Assembly: GCF_964355755.1 (NCBI RefSeq)
Contig: NC_092677.1
Coordinates: 17,258,101-17,322,100, forward strand
DNA from: Antedon mediterranea
Lineage: Eukaryota > Animalia > Echinodermata
Direction of reading: 5' to 3'
DNA length: 64,000 bases
Both the position numbers and the translations under genes were made by a program. The notes beneath the pieces were generated by a model, which worked only from the letters and a program-made list of their open reading frames with translations, did not search any database and had not been told where the DNA came from. This document shows, in pieces, positions 28,101 to 39,804 of this stretch (position 1 is its first letter; each line of letters starts with the position of its first letter).

Positions 28101-29340
28101 TCTACAGCATAACTATGTTCATGATCTTATAGGTATAATATTAAATTACTGCTACCATGCAATATTGTTTATATATTTATTTTAATTTTATTTTTGCAGA
28201 TTACTACTCCATAATAGAGATTCCATCAGGTTCTAGAAATATCAAAATATCTGAGAAGAGGCCATCACCAAGCTACCTGGCAGTCCGTGGTAAAGAAAGC
28301 AACAAGTATTACCTAACCGGTAGTTGGACCATTGACTGGCCAGGCCAGATGGAGTTTGGCGGTACTAGCTTCATGTATAAGAGGTCGTACACAGTGCCAG
28401 AATCTCTAGAAACAAGTGGACCTATTTCAGAAACGTTGGTATTAGAGGTAAGCTGTTGCCAATGTATTTGAGAAAGAAAGTAGGGCTAGTGGCTATCCAT
28501 GTGCGCCACCAACCATTGTAGCCATATCAACCAATATTTCTAGTGGTTGAACAAGTCTTCTCGGATAAATGCTTAAAACTGGAGGTTCAGTGTATACATT
28601 TGGAATTGGAGTGATTGAGCAGTGATTCAAGTCGGCCTCTGTTGTTCTTGATACATGCTGCCGTGGGTCCGTTGAAAATTACATTGGAGTAATTGCTAAG
28701 CAATATAAAAATAGTACTATGGACCAAAGCACTGTACAATAATTAAAGCAGTATACAAGATTATACTTTAGGGAAAAGAAAACTTGTAAACAATTTCTTA
28801 AAACATTGTAGGCTTGGAGCTATACCTACACAAATAAGTAAATTATTCCATAACTTTAGGTCCAATGATAGAAAATGATTTATCACCAAATAGTCTACCA
28901 GTTTTAGGAACAGAAAAACAAGTAATATCTTGTGTGGATCTGTGTCCCTGGCGACCAGGGTTATACTTATGAATTAGTTCCTGTAAATAGACGGGTGCTG
29001 AACCATTGATGCAGTTATAAACTTGTACCAAGATCTTAAATTCAATCATTTTCAATCCTGGACTGGCTGCAACTCGCACAGAAGAGGAGACGTGGTGGTG
29101 CGCCTGTTGACTTGAAAAATCAAACTTGCTGCTCATTTTTGAAGAGTCTGCAATCTTTGGATTATATCTTATTTTATGTCTTTAGACAATGTGGCCAAGG
29201 ATTGCCAATAGTAAATTAATCACTGTCCTATCAGATACAGGGCTATTTTGTGAACCAGTTCACCTAACCCTAACCCCCTACTCTTCTCGAATAATGAACT
29301 GGGTTCTTTAAAGTGCACACAGGTTATAACTGTGTACACT

Positions 29341-29373
<33 letters not shown>

Positions 29374-32300
29374 ATTGGAGCGAGTGGCCTCGAACCCTTG
29401 CCGATGTTGTTGGCTCTTTAGGTACGGTAAACGGCGCCCCTGCCTTATCCGCCTGGCAATCTGAAATTACGAAACCACCAAACCACATAAGTTCATGAAA
29501 AGGTAACTTTATTTCAATACAATCGTAGAACCTTGGATTAAAATTATGTAGACAGGTTTCTGTTGACTCTGTCGATCTAAATATAAACTGAAAATAAGAA
29601 TCACCCAGCACATTTCCATGTTGTAATTGATTAGTCATAGAATAAGGTAGAACACAACTATATATGATGCTATTTGCGACGTTTATGAATTTAAACATTT
29701 ACGGATTTGTTATAATTTACTTAAAGAATTTCCACTACAATTATCGCAAATTCAAAATTTGATATTTTTGTCAGTTTGGATTATACAAGCCATTACACAA
29801 GGATGCTATAGTTAAATCTTTTGAGTTTTAATAATTCCACTAATTAACAATAATTGTTATATGGTGATTGAATGGTTAGGACAATTGACATACATCATAC
29901 TTTTTAATACTATTCCCTTTATTAATAATATATTATCACTTTTCAATACTACTCCCTTTGTTATTAATATACTATCACTTTTCAGTATACTATCTCATCC
30001 AAAACTACTTTTCTTCTATAGATCTTTTGAATATCGTATACATATTTGGTCCAATTTTGAAACCAAAATAATAGCCTTATAATATCAACATTTCATTTTT
30101 TTTTATTTTGATTAGGTCCCAAACTTTATAAAGCATTGTCAAACCCTAGAGAGCAATAATTTTTAAAACCAGAAACACAGAAGGTGCTAATAATGTTCAG
30201 TATATGATCAGTATACTATCTCATTCAAAACTACTCTTCTAAAACTACTCCTCTTTTATCAATATATTATCACATATTTTCAATACTACTCTAAAATGAA
30301 ACAAAGTTTTGATCTCAAAATTCCATAAGGAATATTATTTCCCAGGTAAGGAATATCTAAGCCTAATGGACATTAGGTAACAATGAAAGTACTTGATCAA
30401 CTTTAATTAATATTAATTACTAACAGCAGCATCACAATGTTGACACAGGATGATTCAGTTCTAAGAGGTTGTTTATAGACAGGGATTAGTGTACTGACAG
30501 TGTTTCCTAGTTGACCAATTTAGAGACACCTATTTATGAAATTCATCTCTGTTGGAATATCTCAATCAGTGTTATAATGATTGCATGTCAAAGATAAGGG
30601 GTTGGCCTGAGATGAAGTAGTGCTGGGTCATTAAAAAGTATGTGATCATCATATTAAATGTGTAGGTACTATTAATAAGGGTCAAATAGGAAGATTATAT
30701 GATCATCATTATGTTATGGTACAACATTTATAAATTTAAGTTGTTTTAGTTCATACTTTTCTTGTTTTTTATATTGGAGTTGCACGGAATGTTTGTATGT
30801 GTACTTTATTTTCTTTATTAAACCGCAGTCGATCAAGTGAACAAACATATTATGTATTGCACTACACCTAACATTTCAAAAGCTTACACAATAAACAAAG
30901 TACGAAATAGAGTAATATTTTTAAAATAAATTATGTTAATATTCTTGTTAACATGCAGAGTGACACAGGCGGGCTATTTAATATTTCATCTCATATTGAA
31001 GATACAGGTAACTACAGATTTTAATATAATAAGCTTTTGAGTAGTCGTGCAAAAATGCAAAATGATAAATTAAGAAACTTAAAAATTATACAAAATTTAA
31101 GTAATAAAGTTTAAATGTTACTTAATATGGATGAACTTTCAGAATATTCAACCCTGGTTATACTGACAGGACAGCAGCTCTAGTCATTTATAATCATCCC
31201 TGTGCCTAATTGGTCATTACTCAGCAATCGGTGTGAGTGTAGTGGTCTTGTTAATAAAGATAACTAGTGCAAAGATTAGCTTAAACAACTAACTAAAACA
31301 GAAATTTGTAATCGGTGAATCATGCTATAACATCGTATACATATTTGATCCGATTTTGAAACCATTATACAGTATAATATTATTATTAACATTTCCTTAT
31401 TTGTTTTTTTTTTTTTATTTCATTTGGTCTTAACAAAAAAATTGATATCAGGAGACTTTATACAGCATTGTCGTCCCTAGAGAGTGCTATAATTGTTTTA
31501 AAACAGAAACATAGAAGACTCTATTTAAACTAATTTTGGGAGAAAAAATTGCACCTTTAGAGGGAGATATGAAATCACTCCCATGATTAACATGAGATTT
31601 TTGTATAAAAATGAGACCTTAAAGGTCAATCACAGGTATATGTGATCATTGAAATCATATAGTTTCCTTTATTAGTAATGCTTAATTGAATTTGTAATTT
31701 CTTATTGATACAAAAGAAACAAGGTTGTATGCCGCATGAAACAGAACTATAATCTAATTAAATTAAATGTATTAAATATCGTCAGTTATACAAGTCTGCC
31801 TTTAATTTCTTGATTATTCCAATGAATAGCTTAATTCGAAGTGAAATTTTTTATCTTTTTCTCAATGTAGAGGAAACCACTATTAAAAGGACACTTTTAT
31901 GTGAAAGTGGAGATATTATTTTAACACTGTGATTAACCTATATCCACGAAACACCCCTATTAGAGAAACTTTGTTGTGTCCAAAGGTGTCCCATTTTCTA
32001 TATTGTACTTGAAATTCTTTAATAAATAAATCAATAGTTGACGGCAACAGGCAGGAGGGAGGTTGTTGAAATATACTTCTACTATGCAGTTGTGTTGGCT
32101 CTTTAAGATTGTGACTTTTCAGTTTAATACAGTAACTGTAACTGTTTTTCAGTATACCACTTTCTACTGTATCTCCAGAATCAGGTCAAAGATTTTTAGG
32201 TCGCAGAAATAAATCTTTGTTTACATTTGTGACTTAAGCCTAGTTATTATTATTATTTTTTATTTCAAGATGACGTCTGAATTAAATCGAGAAAGTGTTA

Positions 32301-35300
32301 TAAATTGAATAAAAATAATTTACTGAAATATTGTTTTCATTCAAACATTTGACCTTATTCTGATCTCGGTTTGATCTGACATAGTTAACAGGTGATTCGG
32401 TCTGTTGCACCTATCGTAGGAAATCCATTGACAACGGGGAATTCACTGTATGTGATACACGTTATTCACCGCTTGGCAACACTTCAAATCGTTATCCATG
32501 TAAAATGGTCAATCTTACAACATGGAATTGAGAGTGTTGTCTGATATTAGGATCTTCCCCTTGTGTACACACGATTTGTAAGATTGTCTAGGGCCTAGCT
32601 GTTCCCAGGCCTATATACACCACCTGTTAACATTCTTTTTGGAAATAATTCATACACATTTATTACAAGCAGCTTTGAGAGTGTAAATGTAATGTAAGGA
32701 AGGAATAGATATGTTGGTATGATTCTTTTTGATGTTCAGATACCGTAGATATTCGCGAGCTATTGCCTATCATAGGTTTTTTTTATTGTGAGTGTTTCAA
32801 TGTTTTTCTTTTCATCGCAGAAGAAGGCCAATTCATAAAAAAAACCGACATGGATGCTCCTGCTAACCTATTTCTACTCAGTTTGATTGGTAAATGGTGA
32901 ATGACATAGTTTACAATAATTGGCTCTTTGCAGACTACACTGTTCAAATCAATAGTAATGTTTTGCTAACGAGAAAAATACTTAAAAGAAAAGAGAAATG
33001 TATTGTAAAAATTCATTTAGGATCAAATCTGGCCATCAAAAAAATGTTCTCGAAGATAATTGTTAAGAATAATACAACTCCAAACAATGGAGGTATACAT
33101 TAGGTTTTATTCCATCAGGATTTTTCAGTTTGATAAGAATTAATTTGTTTTTTAAGGAAATACATCCTTCCCTTAAGGAAAGTGAAAATGAAAAGAAAAA
33201 CAATGTGTAAATAATTTAGCCATTATTATGTGCAATAAAGAATTCTATTTTTATGGGAGGTGGGGATGTGTGTGTATATGCATTGTATAAGCAATTGACC
33301 CACCTACTGTACTTTATAAGCTAATAATCTAGAAATTAAGTTTGAATGGGATTCTCATGTATGGGATCACATGAGAGAGACAGTGTATGGGATCACATGA
33401 GAGAGACAGCGTATAGGATCACATGAGAGAGGGAGCACAGGAGAGAGACAGCGTATAGGATCACATGAGAGAGACAGCGTATAGGATCACATGAGAGAGA
33501 CAGCGTATAGGATCACATGAGAGAGAAAGCATATAGGATCACATGAGAGAGACAGCGTATAGCATCACTTGAGAGAGACAGCGTATAGGATCACATGAGA
33601 GAGGGATCACATGAGAGAGACAGCGCATAGGATCACATGAGAGAGGGAGCATAGGAGAGAGACAGCGTATAGGATCACATGAGAGAGGGATCACATGAGA
33701 GAGACAGCGTATAGGATCACATGAGAGAGGGAGCATAGGAGAGAGACAGCGTATAGGATCGCATAAGAGAGACAGCATATAGGATCGCATTAGAGAGACA
33801 GCGTATGGGATCACATGAGAGAGACAGTGTATGGGATCACATGAGAGAGACAACGTATGGGATCACATGAGAGAGACAGCGTATGGGATCACATGAGAGA
33901 GATAGCGTATGGGATCACATGAGAGAGACAGCGTATAGGATCGCATTAGAGAGACAGCGTATGGGATTGCATGAGAGAGAAAGCGTATAAGATCACATGA
34001 GAGCGACAGCATATGAGAATCTCATGGGAGAGACAGTGTATGGGATCGCATGGGAAAGACAGCATATTTTATTGCATGAGAGAGACAAAGACAAAATAAA
34101 ATTATTTTTCATACATACCTAATTATATCATTTTAGTTATTTTTAATCATCTTCCTTTTCTTGTCATTGTTATTATGATCATCATCATAATGTTTACTGT
34201 AGAAAAGATTTAATGGACAAAACTATATTAAATTTGTATTACATATTTGTTGTTTTTCAGCTTCTTCTTCAAGGCATCAACCCAGGGATAGAATATGAAT
34301 TTGTAAGTCAGAAGTTTGCAGAAATAAACACAACCAATGCACCTGTTCATAACTACACCTGGACATCAACCAAGTCTGACTGTTCAGCATCATGTGCCGG
34401 AGGTAAGCTTATGTTTGTTAAATGTTATAAACATGTTGCTGGCAATTGGATAGGCCCTAATGTTGAAATTGTTTCAAGTATGCCAATTCCTTTTCAGTAG
34501 TAGGCTCATACAGTTTCGTCTTGTGTGTATAAAGAATTTTTGGTTTTTCCAATCATTTGTTTATTTGTGTTGATCACAGATGAAAATAAATTACATATAT
34601 TTCTTTTTTTTAAATACTGTTTTTATTTGAATGAATGCCCCACTTCTACTTAAGGCTTCCTTCGAATAAACACCCACTATAGAACATCCTTTGGAATAAT
34701 ATAATTGTAATAATAAAATAATTTGTAGTAGAATTCATAACTTCCAAAATCTACAATTTACCAAGCATTTGATACAATTTCTACTTTATTTTATTACTTC
34801 TTGATAATAAATGTGTTGTATTTTTTCATACCTAGGGGGGATTTAGTTGATTGGTGTTAACATAATTATTACATCCAATAAAAATAAATGCTTCCTTCAA
34901 ATAAATGCCCCCTAAAAACCCTCCCAAACAATAAACACCCTAGTGTGTTTTTTCAAATAAATGCAGTACCTGTATACAAATTAAATTTGTTTTTTATAGG
35001 AAACAATAGTGCAGAAGGAAGTAATATACCTAATTAATGGACTAAAAAATGGACTGACAGACTATCAAATGAACTAACAAGTTGGCTGACCAATCCACTA
35101 ATGGAATAACAAACTGACCAGCTAATATTGACTGACATTATTTAACTTTCTGATATGATCCTATATTTAAAAGTGGTTTCTCGATGAAGTGACTGACTTA
35201 GGCTATTCCAAATATTAATGATCAAATGACCTACTCTGACTAGTTACTTTGACTATGGTGACTGAATCAAGTGACTGACTTTGACTATGGTAACTGAATC

Positions 35301-38300
35301 AAGTGAACAACTGTGACTGACTTTGACTATGGTGACTGAATCAAGTGACTGACTTGACTAAATGGTGGCTGAATCAAGTGACTGACTTTGACTATGGTGA
35401 CTGAATCAAGTGACTGACTTTGACTATGGTGACTGAATCAAGTGAACAACTTGTGACTGACTTTGACTATGGTGATTGAATCAAGTGACTGATTTACTTA
35501 AATGATGACTGAATCAAGTGACTGACTTTGACTATTGTGACTGAATCAAGTGACTGACTTTGACTATGGTGACTGAATCAAGTGACTGACTTTGACTATG
35601 GTGACTGAATCAAGTGAACAACTGGTGACTGACTTTGACTATGGTGACTGAATTAAGTGACTGACTTTGACTATGGTGACTGAATCAAGTGACTGACTTT
35701 GACTATGGTGACTGAATCAAGTGACTGACTTTGACTATGGTGGCTGAATCAAGTGACTGACTTACCTAAATGATGACTGAATCAAGTGACTGACTTTGAC
35801 TATGGTGACTGAATCAAGTGACTGACTTTGACTATGGTGGCTGAATCAAGTGACTGACTTACCTAAATGATGACTGAATCAAGTGACTGACTTTGACTAT
35901 GGTGACTGAATCAAGTGACTGACTGTGACTATGGTGACTGAATCAAGTGACTGACTTTGACTATAGTGACTGAATCAAGTGAACAACTGTGACTGACTTT
36001 GACTATGGTGACTGAATCAAGTGACTGACTTGACTAAATGGTGACTGAATCAAGTGACTGACGTAACTATGGTGACTGAATCAAGTGACTGACGTTGACT
36101 ATGGTGACTGAATCAAGTGACTGACCTGACTAAATGGAACTGAATCAGGTTACTGACTTTGACTATGGACAAACTGACTTTAGTTAATATCTTTCCTTAC
36201 CCTTTGTTTTCAAATCTGTAATACTAACTAGCATTATTGCTAAAAAATTACAGGTGAACTAATGGTGTCTACTGAATGCTGGAAGGATGGAGTTGAACTG
36301 GTTGAACACAGTTACTGTAACAACGAAAGCAAACCATTCACTGGTTTACAGACATGCAATGAACAAGTATGCCCTGCCAAGTAAGTACTTTGTAACTTAT
36401 CCTGAGTTAATAAGTTTATCTAGAAAGTATATACACTCCTTCATTCATTCATTTGTTTGTTCATTTGCTCATTTGTTTTTATTTTGGAAGAAAACACATA
36501 ATAGTAAAAATATGACATGTTCAAAATGTACCTATAAAGAATTATTCCCACAGTTGGAACAACCAGTTTTTCTTTTTTCAAATAATTTTAATGATTATTT
36601 TTATTTAAATTCTATTTTGTTAATTATTATCTAGTTGGGAAATTAGTGATTGGTCAGATTGTTCGGCAAAATGCGGTGGTGGTAAACAGCGTCGCAAGAT
36701 TAGTTGTATCCGGCAAATTACTAAGGAAATTTCCAGACGTGTAAAGACCATCTACTGTACTGACACACCACCAGAAAAAAGAAGGGATTGCAATATACAT
36801 GAATGTCCTCCAAAATGGATAGAAGGACCATGGAGTCGGGTAATATTTTTTGCACCTCACATAACTAACCTTCTGATCCAAGCCAGCTCTCCTAAAGTTC
36901 TCTTTTATTTTACAATTTGTAAGTGGTCTGGTTTAGTTAACCAAAAGAAATAATTTAATTAGTCCTCGATTTAGAATTATCAAGTATGTGAATATTAATA
37001 CAATACATAATTTGTTGTTTTTTTTGTTAGTGTCCTGTTACGTGTGGTGGTGGTTACCAAACACGTCATGTAACCTGTAACTCTGTTAACACAAAAGGTT
37101 ACCATCAACGTCGGCCACAAACTGAATGTGAACCCAATATAAAGCCCTCAATGAGGAAACAGTGTAATACAAAAGATTGCCCTAGAAAAATGCAGTGGTT
37201 TATATCAGCTTGGAGTGAGGTAATTTTTTCGGACAATTGTTTATATTTTTCCTGTACATTTTACTGTTTTTATTTATTTGTTACCATTTTTATTTGTTCT
37301 ATTTATAGTGCTCATCTACATGTGGTGCTGGGAAGCTTACACGAGTCGTTAGATGCAGCTTTTTGGACACTAGAGGGCAGTATAGATCTGTTGCTGATTC
37401 TGAGTGTAAATATATAAAAAAGCCTGCAATCAGTTTAACTAAACATTGTCAGAAAGAAGAGTGTCTTGTGCCACAAAAACCGCAAGTACAATGGTTCTCT
37501 GCTTCTTGGTCAAAGGTCAGTAATATTCCATGGTGCCATCTCAAGTTTTAAACTATCAAGTTTTATGTATACTGTGTTATAAATATTTAAGATAATTCTT
37601 TTATGTATACACCCAACAAGAATATTTAGCCAGCATATTTCAATGTCAAGAGATCAATAGGACAAAGCTACCCTGATAAAACTTGAAAATGACCAATAAT
37701 TGCACTGATTGGAAAAGTCTTGTGATGCACCCTATGTCGCAAGAAGTACAGTATTTGAGATGCAATTATGATTTTTTTTTAACAATAAGTTTTGGCATAC
37801 ACACGATTTTAATGTGTTAAACATCTACATAACGTGAGAGAGTGTGGTTCAGTGAGTTGGTCGCTCTCTTCTGGTCGCATGATCGGGAGTTTGATTCCAG
37901 TACTCATCGCATTGCTTGTGTAGCTTCCTGTATCTCTCTCCACCCAGGTGTACAAATGGTTACCTGCCAAGTATCTTTAATTTATAGTGAATAGGCTTGC
38001 TAAATCATCATTATGGTATATTTAGTTGTAATTTTCTTTTTGAAATAAAATTACAGAAAATATTGACAAAGTTGTTTATGATTTTTCGATTATTATCTCC
38101 ATAGTGTACAAGAAGCTGTGGTGGTGGTATTCAGATTAGAGAAGTCAGATGTTTAGAAACTGTAAGACGGTCATCATCCAATGATTGTGATTTAAGTACC
38201 AAGCCAGCAATATCGAAAACCTGTAATTCAAATTCGTGTCCTAGTCATGGTGAGTATTTTGTATGTTTTCATTTTAAATACAGCATTGGGTGCATCTAAT

Positions 38301-38584
38301 ATAATGTCATTAAAAACAGAAAATGATAGATATCAGTATATTTTGTCTGACACTGACTGTGGAAGCAATAGAGTATAATTTGATGTAACTAATCTAGTTT
38401 ATATTGTTTGTTTATTTTCAACATCTTTAATGTATATAATCTAGTCTATATTTTTGTTGTTTCTTTGACAGCTTATTCCAGATGCAAAGATGACTACAAT
38501 TGGTGTTACTTGGTACCAACCCATAATATGTGTAGTCATGCATTTTATGGAGCAAAGTGTTGTAGTTCATGTGTTGGGCATTGA
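3902..38584 (+). CDS. ADAMTS16: ADAMTS16/18-like metalloprotease gene (5'-partial, 19 exons in window)
   Basis: Hand-spliced exons total 3105 nt, all GT-AG and phase-consistent. Motifs [41 protein letters not shown], 1+5 TSRs and PLAC match the ADAMTS16/18 clade. 16 vs 18 cannot be resolved; probably a co-ortholog of both. Confidence 0.93.
4536..4670 (+). mobile_element. SINE 3' part; related copies near 18625..18750 and 56800..56950
   Basis: Shared CTCCACTC...GACTTTGTTTATG..GAGCATCTTGT core; the 56800 copy has a tRNA-like head. Confidence 0.55.
5790..6264. mobile_element. Tc1/mariner-like MITE containing 7 x 53-bp tandem repeat (5861..6229)
   Basis: TA-CAGTAGAAC...TTTACTG-TA ends; unit TTTAACACTAGAGACTTCAGGGAACACCCCTTTTAAGGGGACAGTTCATCTAC. 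Confidence 0.7.
7109..7305 (+). CDS. ADAMTS16: ADAMTS exon: furin site RTRR and start of catalytic domain
   Basis: YMPTR...RTRRS...[11 protein letters not shown]...TYVLTVFNM; AG/GT borders. Confidence 0.92.
7469..7994. mobile_element. MITE with GGGCGGATTGCTATAA TIRs (Harbinger-like, CTG target)
   Basis: Perfect 16-bp TIR; CTG on both sides. Confidence 0.8.
8267..8350 (+). CDS. ADAMTS16: ADAMTS exon: catalytic domain [11 protein letters not shown]...QDEE
   Basis: Manual translation; phase 0/0 AG/GT. Confidence 0.92.
8441..8600 (+). CDS. ADAMTS16: ADAMTS exon: [20 protein letters not shown]...[12 protein letters not shown]
   Basis: Manual translation; GTAAGT donor. Confidence 0.95.
12372..12485. 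repeat. 29-bp degenerate tandem repeat x4
   Basis: TTGATAGCATACATGTCAGTCAATGTGAC-like units. Confidence 0.75.
13182..13287 (+). CDS. ADAMTS16: ADAMTS exon: [34 protein letters not shown]
   Basis: First half of zinc-binding motif; tgcag acceptor. Confidence 0.95.
13459..13596 (+). CDS. ADAMTS16: ADAMTS exon: FGMVHDG, Met-turn HIMSPTL, WSQCS
   Basis: Completes HESGHSFGMVHD; GTAAG donor. Confidence 0.95.
14919..15500. mobile_element. Composite relic: ~72-bp duplication, inverted AAATGTGAAAAC subterminal repeats, inserted LINE-type tail
   Basis: Duplication 14919..15075; repeats 15072..15195 inverted at 15410..15480; GACAATAAA(TTGAAC)n tail 15358..15388. Confidence 0.55.
15593..15755 (+). CDS. 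ADAMTS16: ADAMTS exon: CLEDEP...[18 protein letters not shown] (disintegrin-like)
   Basis: ORF 15606..15917; CAG|GTATG donor, with an alternative donor 9 nt upstream. Confidence 0.9.
17100..17322 (-). mobile_element. tRNA-derived SINE relic
   Basis: Minus strand GCCCCAGTGGTTAGCAC...GGTTCCAGTTTTGAATC resembles A/B boxes. Confidence 0.45.
17843..18151 (+). CDS. ADAMTS16: ADAMTS exon: disintegrin-like end plus central TSR1
   Basis: [10 protein letters not shown]...[30 protein letters not shown]. Confidence 0.95.
18803..18911 (+). CDS. ADAMTS16: ADAMTS exon: Cys-rich, [17 protein letters not shown]
   Basis: Manual translation; AG/GTAAG. Confidence 0.93.
19434..19564 (+). CDS. ADAMTS16: ADAMTS exon: Cys-rich, CKLYC...KVRDGTRC...CINGRCE
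   Basis: ORF 19442..19702; splice sites. Confidence 0.93.
24030..24240 (-). mobile_element. LINE ORF2 C-terminal relic (RTE-like)
   Basis: Minus strand reads [33 protein letters not shown], resembling the DRxxWR terminus of RTE-type ORF2. Confidence 0.45.
26581..26704 (+). CDS. ADAMTS16: ADAMTS exon: [27 protein letters not shown]
   Basis: Manual translation; splice sites. Confidence 0.94.
28200..28447 (+). CDS. ADAMTS16: ADAMTS exon: spacer domain
   Basis: [14 protein letters not shown]...[13 protein letters not shown]...[10 protein letters not shown]. Confidence 0.94.
28485..28600 (+). mobile_element. Deu/Nin-domain SINE relic
   Basis: AAGTCTTCTCGGATAA...AAACTGGAGGTTCAGTGTA; homologous to the inverted copy at 29255..29375. 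Confidence 0.5.
28770..29200 (-). mobile_element. L2/CR1-group LINE ORF2 3' relic
   Basis: ORF 28843..29136: [32 protein letters not shown]...[12 protein letters not shown]. Confidence 0.85.
29255..29375 (-). mobile_element. Deu/Nin-domain SINE core
   Basis: Minus strand GATAAGGACTATAAACCGTAGGTCC...TTAAAGAACCC...GAAGAGTAGGGG resembles the DeuSINE core. Confidence 0.6.
33347..34087. repeat. 26-bp minisatellite GGATCACATGAGAGAGACAGCGTATA
   Basis: Direct tandem units with variant and truncated monomers. Confidence 0.95.
34261..34402 (+). CDS. ADAMTS16: ADAMTS exon: spacer end and TSR2 start
   Basis: [14 protein letters not shown]...YTW...CSASCAGG. Confidence 0.93.
35248..36178. repeat. 32-bp minisatellite GACTATGGTGACTGAATCAAGTGACTGACTTT
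   Basis: Direct tandem units, ending about 75 bp before an ADAMTS exon. Confidence 0.95.
36254..36380 (+). CDS. ADAMTS16: ADAMTS exon: TSR2 end
   Basis: [15 protein letters not shown]...CNEQVCPA. Confidence 0.9.
36635..36839 (+). CDS. ADAMTS16: ADAMTS exon: TSR3
   Basis: [16 protein letters not shown]...[12 protein letters not shown]. Confidence 0.93.
37031..37219 (+). CDS. ADAMTS16: ADAMTS exon: TSR4
   Basis: CPVTCGGG...WFISAWSE. Confidence 0.93.
37309..37515 (+). CDS. ADAMTS16: ADAMTS exon: TSR5
   Basis: CSSTCGAG...WFSASWSK. Confidence 0.93.
37836..37972 (+). mobile_element. tRNA-derived CORE-type SINE relic; related head at 60188..60270
   Basis: A/B-box-like head; CTCTCCACCCAGGTGTACAAATGGTTACC core-like motif. 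Confidence 0.6.
38105..38249 (+). CDS. ADAMTS16: ADAMTS exon: TSR6
   Basis: [16 protein letters not shown]...CNSNSCP. Confidence 0.93.
38472..38584 (+). CDS. ADAMTS16: ADAMTS terminal exon: PLAC domain and stop
   Basis: [30 protein letters not shown] then VGH and TGA. Confidence 0.93.
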
Positions 38585-39804
38585 CAGTAGTCCATGCAAT
38601 AGTTACTGGCTTGAATTCTTAGTTGTTGTAGTGTTGGACATTGACGGTAGTCTATGCAATTTAAGTATCGCTGTTAGTTACTGGCTGGAATCCTAAATCT
38701 TAATTGTCTCTGGATTTAAAACAGTATTTTGAAGACTTTCTGAAAATGTGCCCACAATAAATCCTTTTCTAATTTTGTTTGTGATCATAAACCTAATACT
38801 GAGAAGAAAAACAAAAATAACATGATTTTGGATAATGACTTTTTGTCTGGACAATACACAGGAATGGTGCATGTATTGTTGGTATTGTAAGGATATTCTG
38901 GAGAAACTTGCCCCTGGTGGTGAATACAGAGGCATAAGAATAAAATGAAATAGGGCTCATGAGTTAATGACCATGTGTTTGGAGCAGTGAAAGTTGGAAA
39001 AACATCACAGAAGCCATCCTACAATTATAAAACACTAAAAGCCAACGAAATGGTTGTATTTCCAACCACCTGGAGTATGTAAAATAGTTATTTATTCACT
39101 TTAAAGGACACTTAACCAACTCAATATAGTGCTGAAAATAGACCCACATGATTGGAAATAATCCTAACTTTATAATTTACATATTGATTGTTAGTATGAA
39201 AACGAAAATTGTTTTGGTTTTTTTAAACCTAAACATTAATACTGCACATCATCATTTATGAAAACTAAAGGATACTCAACAAAAGGAAATGCAGCTTTTC
39301 CAGTGGCACCAGTGGTATCCCATGTTACTGAAACGGCTTATTCCTATGGAAGGAAGGATGCATCCAACCGTGGAAGGAATCTGCTGCAAAATGTAGTGTA
39401 TACAACAAGAACAATACGTTTTATTGTTATTTTTTCATTATTGGTAGACTGCCTTAAAGTATGTAATGTCAGTGAGTTGCTGATAAGAAGAAGTCATATT
39501 TATTATAAAACTATATTAATATTCCAATACTACATTTACATATGAGATTTATTGGAAAACTTTAATAAAAACTGTAAAAATATTATGTACAAATACATGT
39601 ATATAATACCTCTTTGAGTTGTAAAAATAATAAAGATAATGTACATTATGTTAGTTTAGGTGAAAATGTAGACGTAATTTTTATAGAAAAATAATGTTTA
39701 AAAATATTTAGAAGAATATATTTATATGGCCAATAAAGAACTTTGTTGTGTTAACTTTGAAAATTTCTATTACTTAATAACTTGATCCTAAATCACTGTC
39801 TTAA

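Noticed and set aside
33539-33853. Cys-rich repetitive ORF
   Set aside because: Translation of the 26-bp minisatellite
38582-38590. Stop readthrough or selenocysteine at TGA-C
   Set aside because: In-frame TAG two codons later; no SECIS seen
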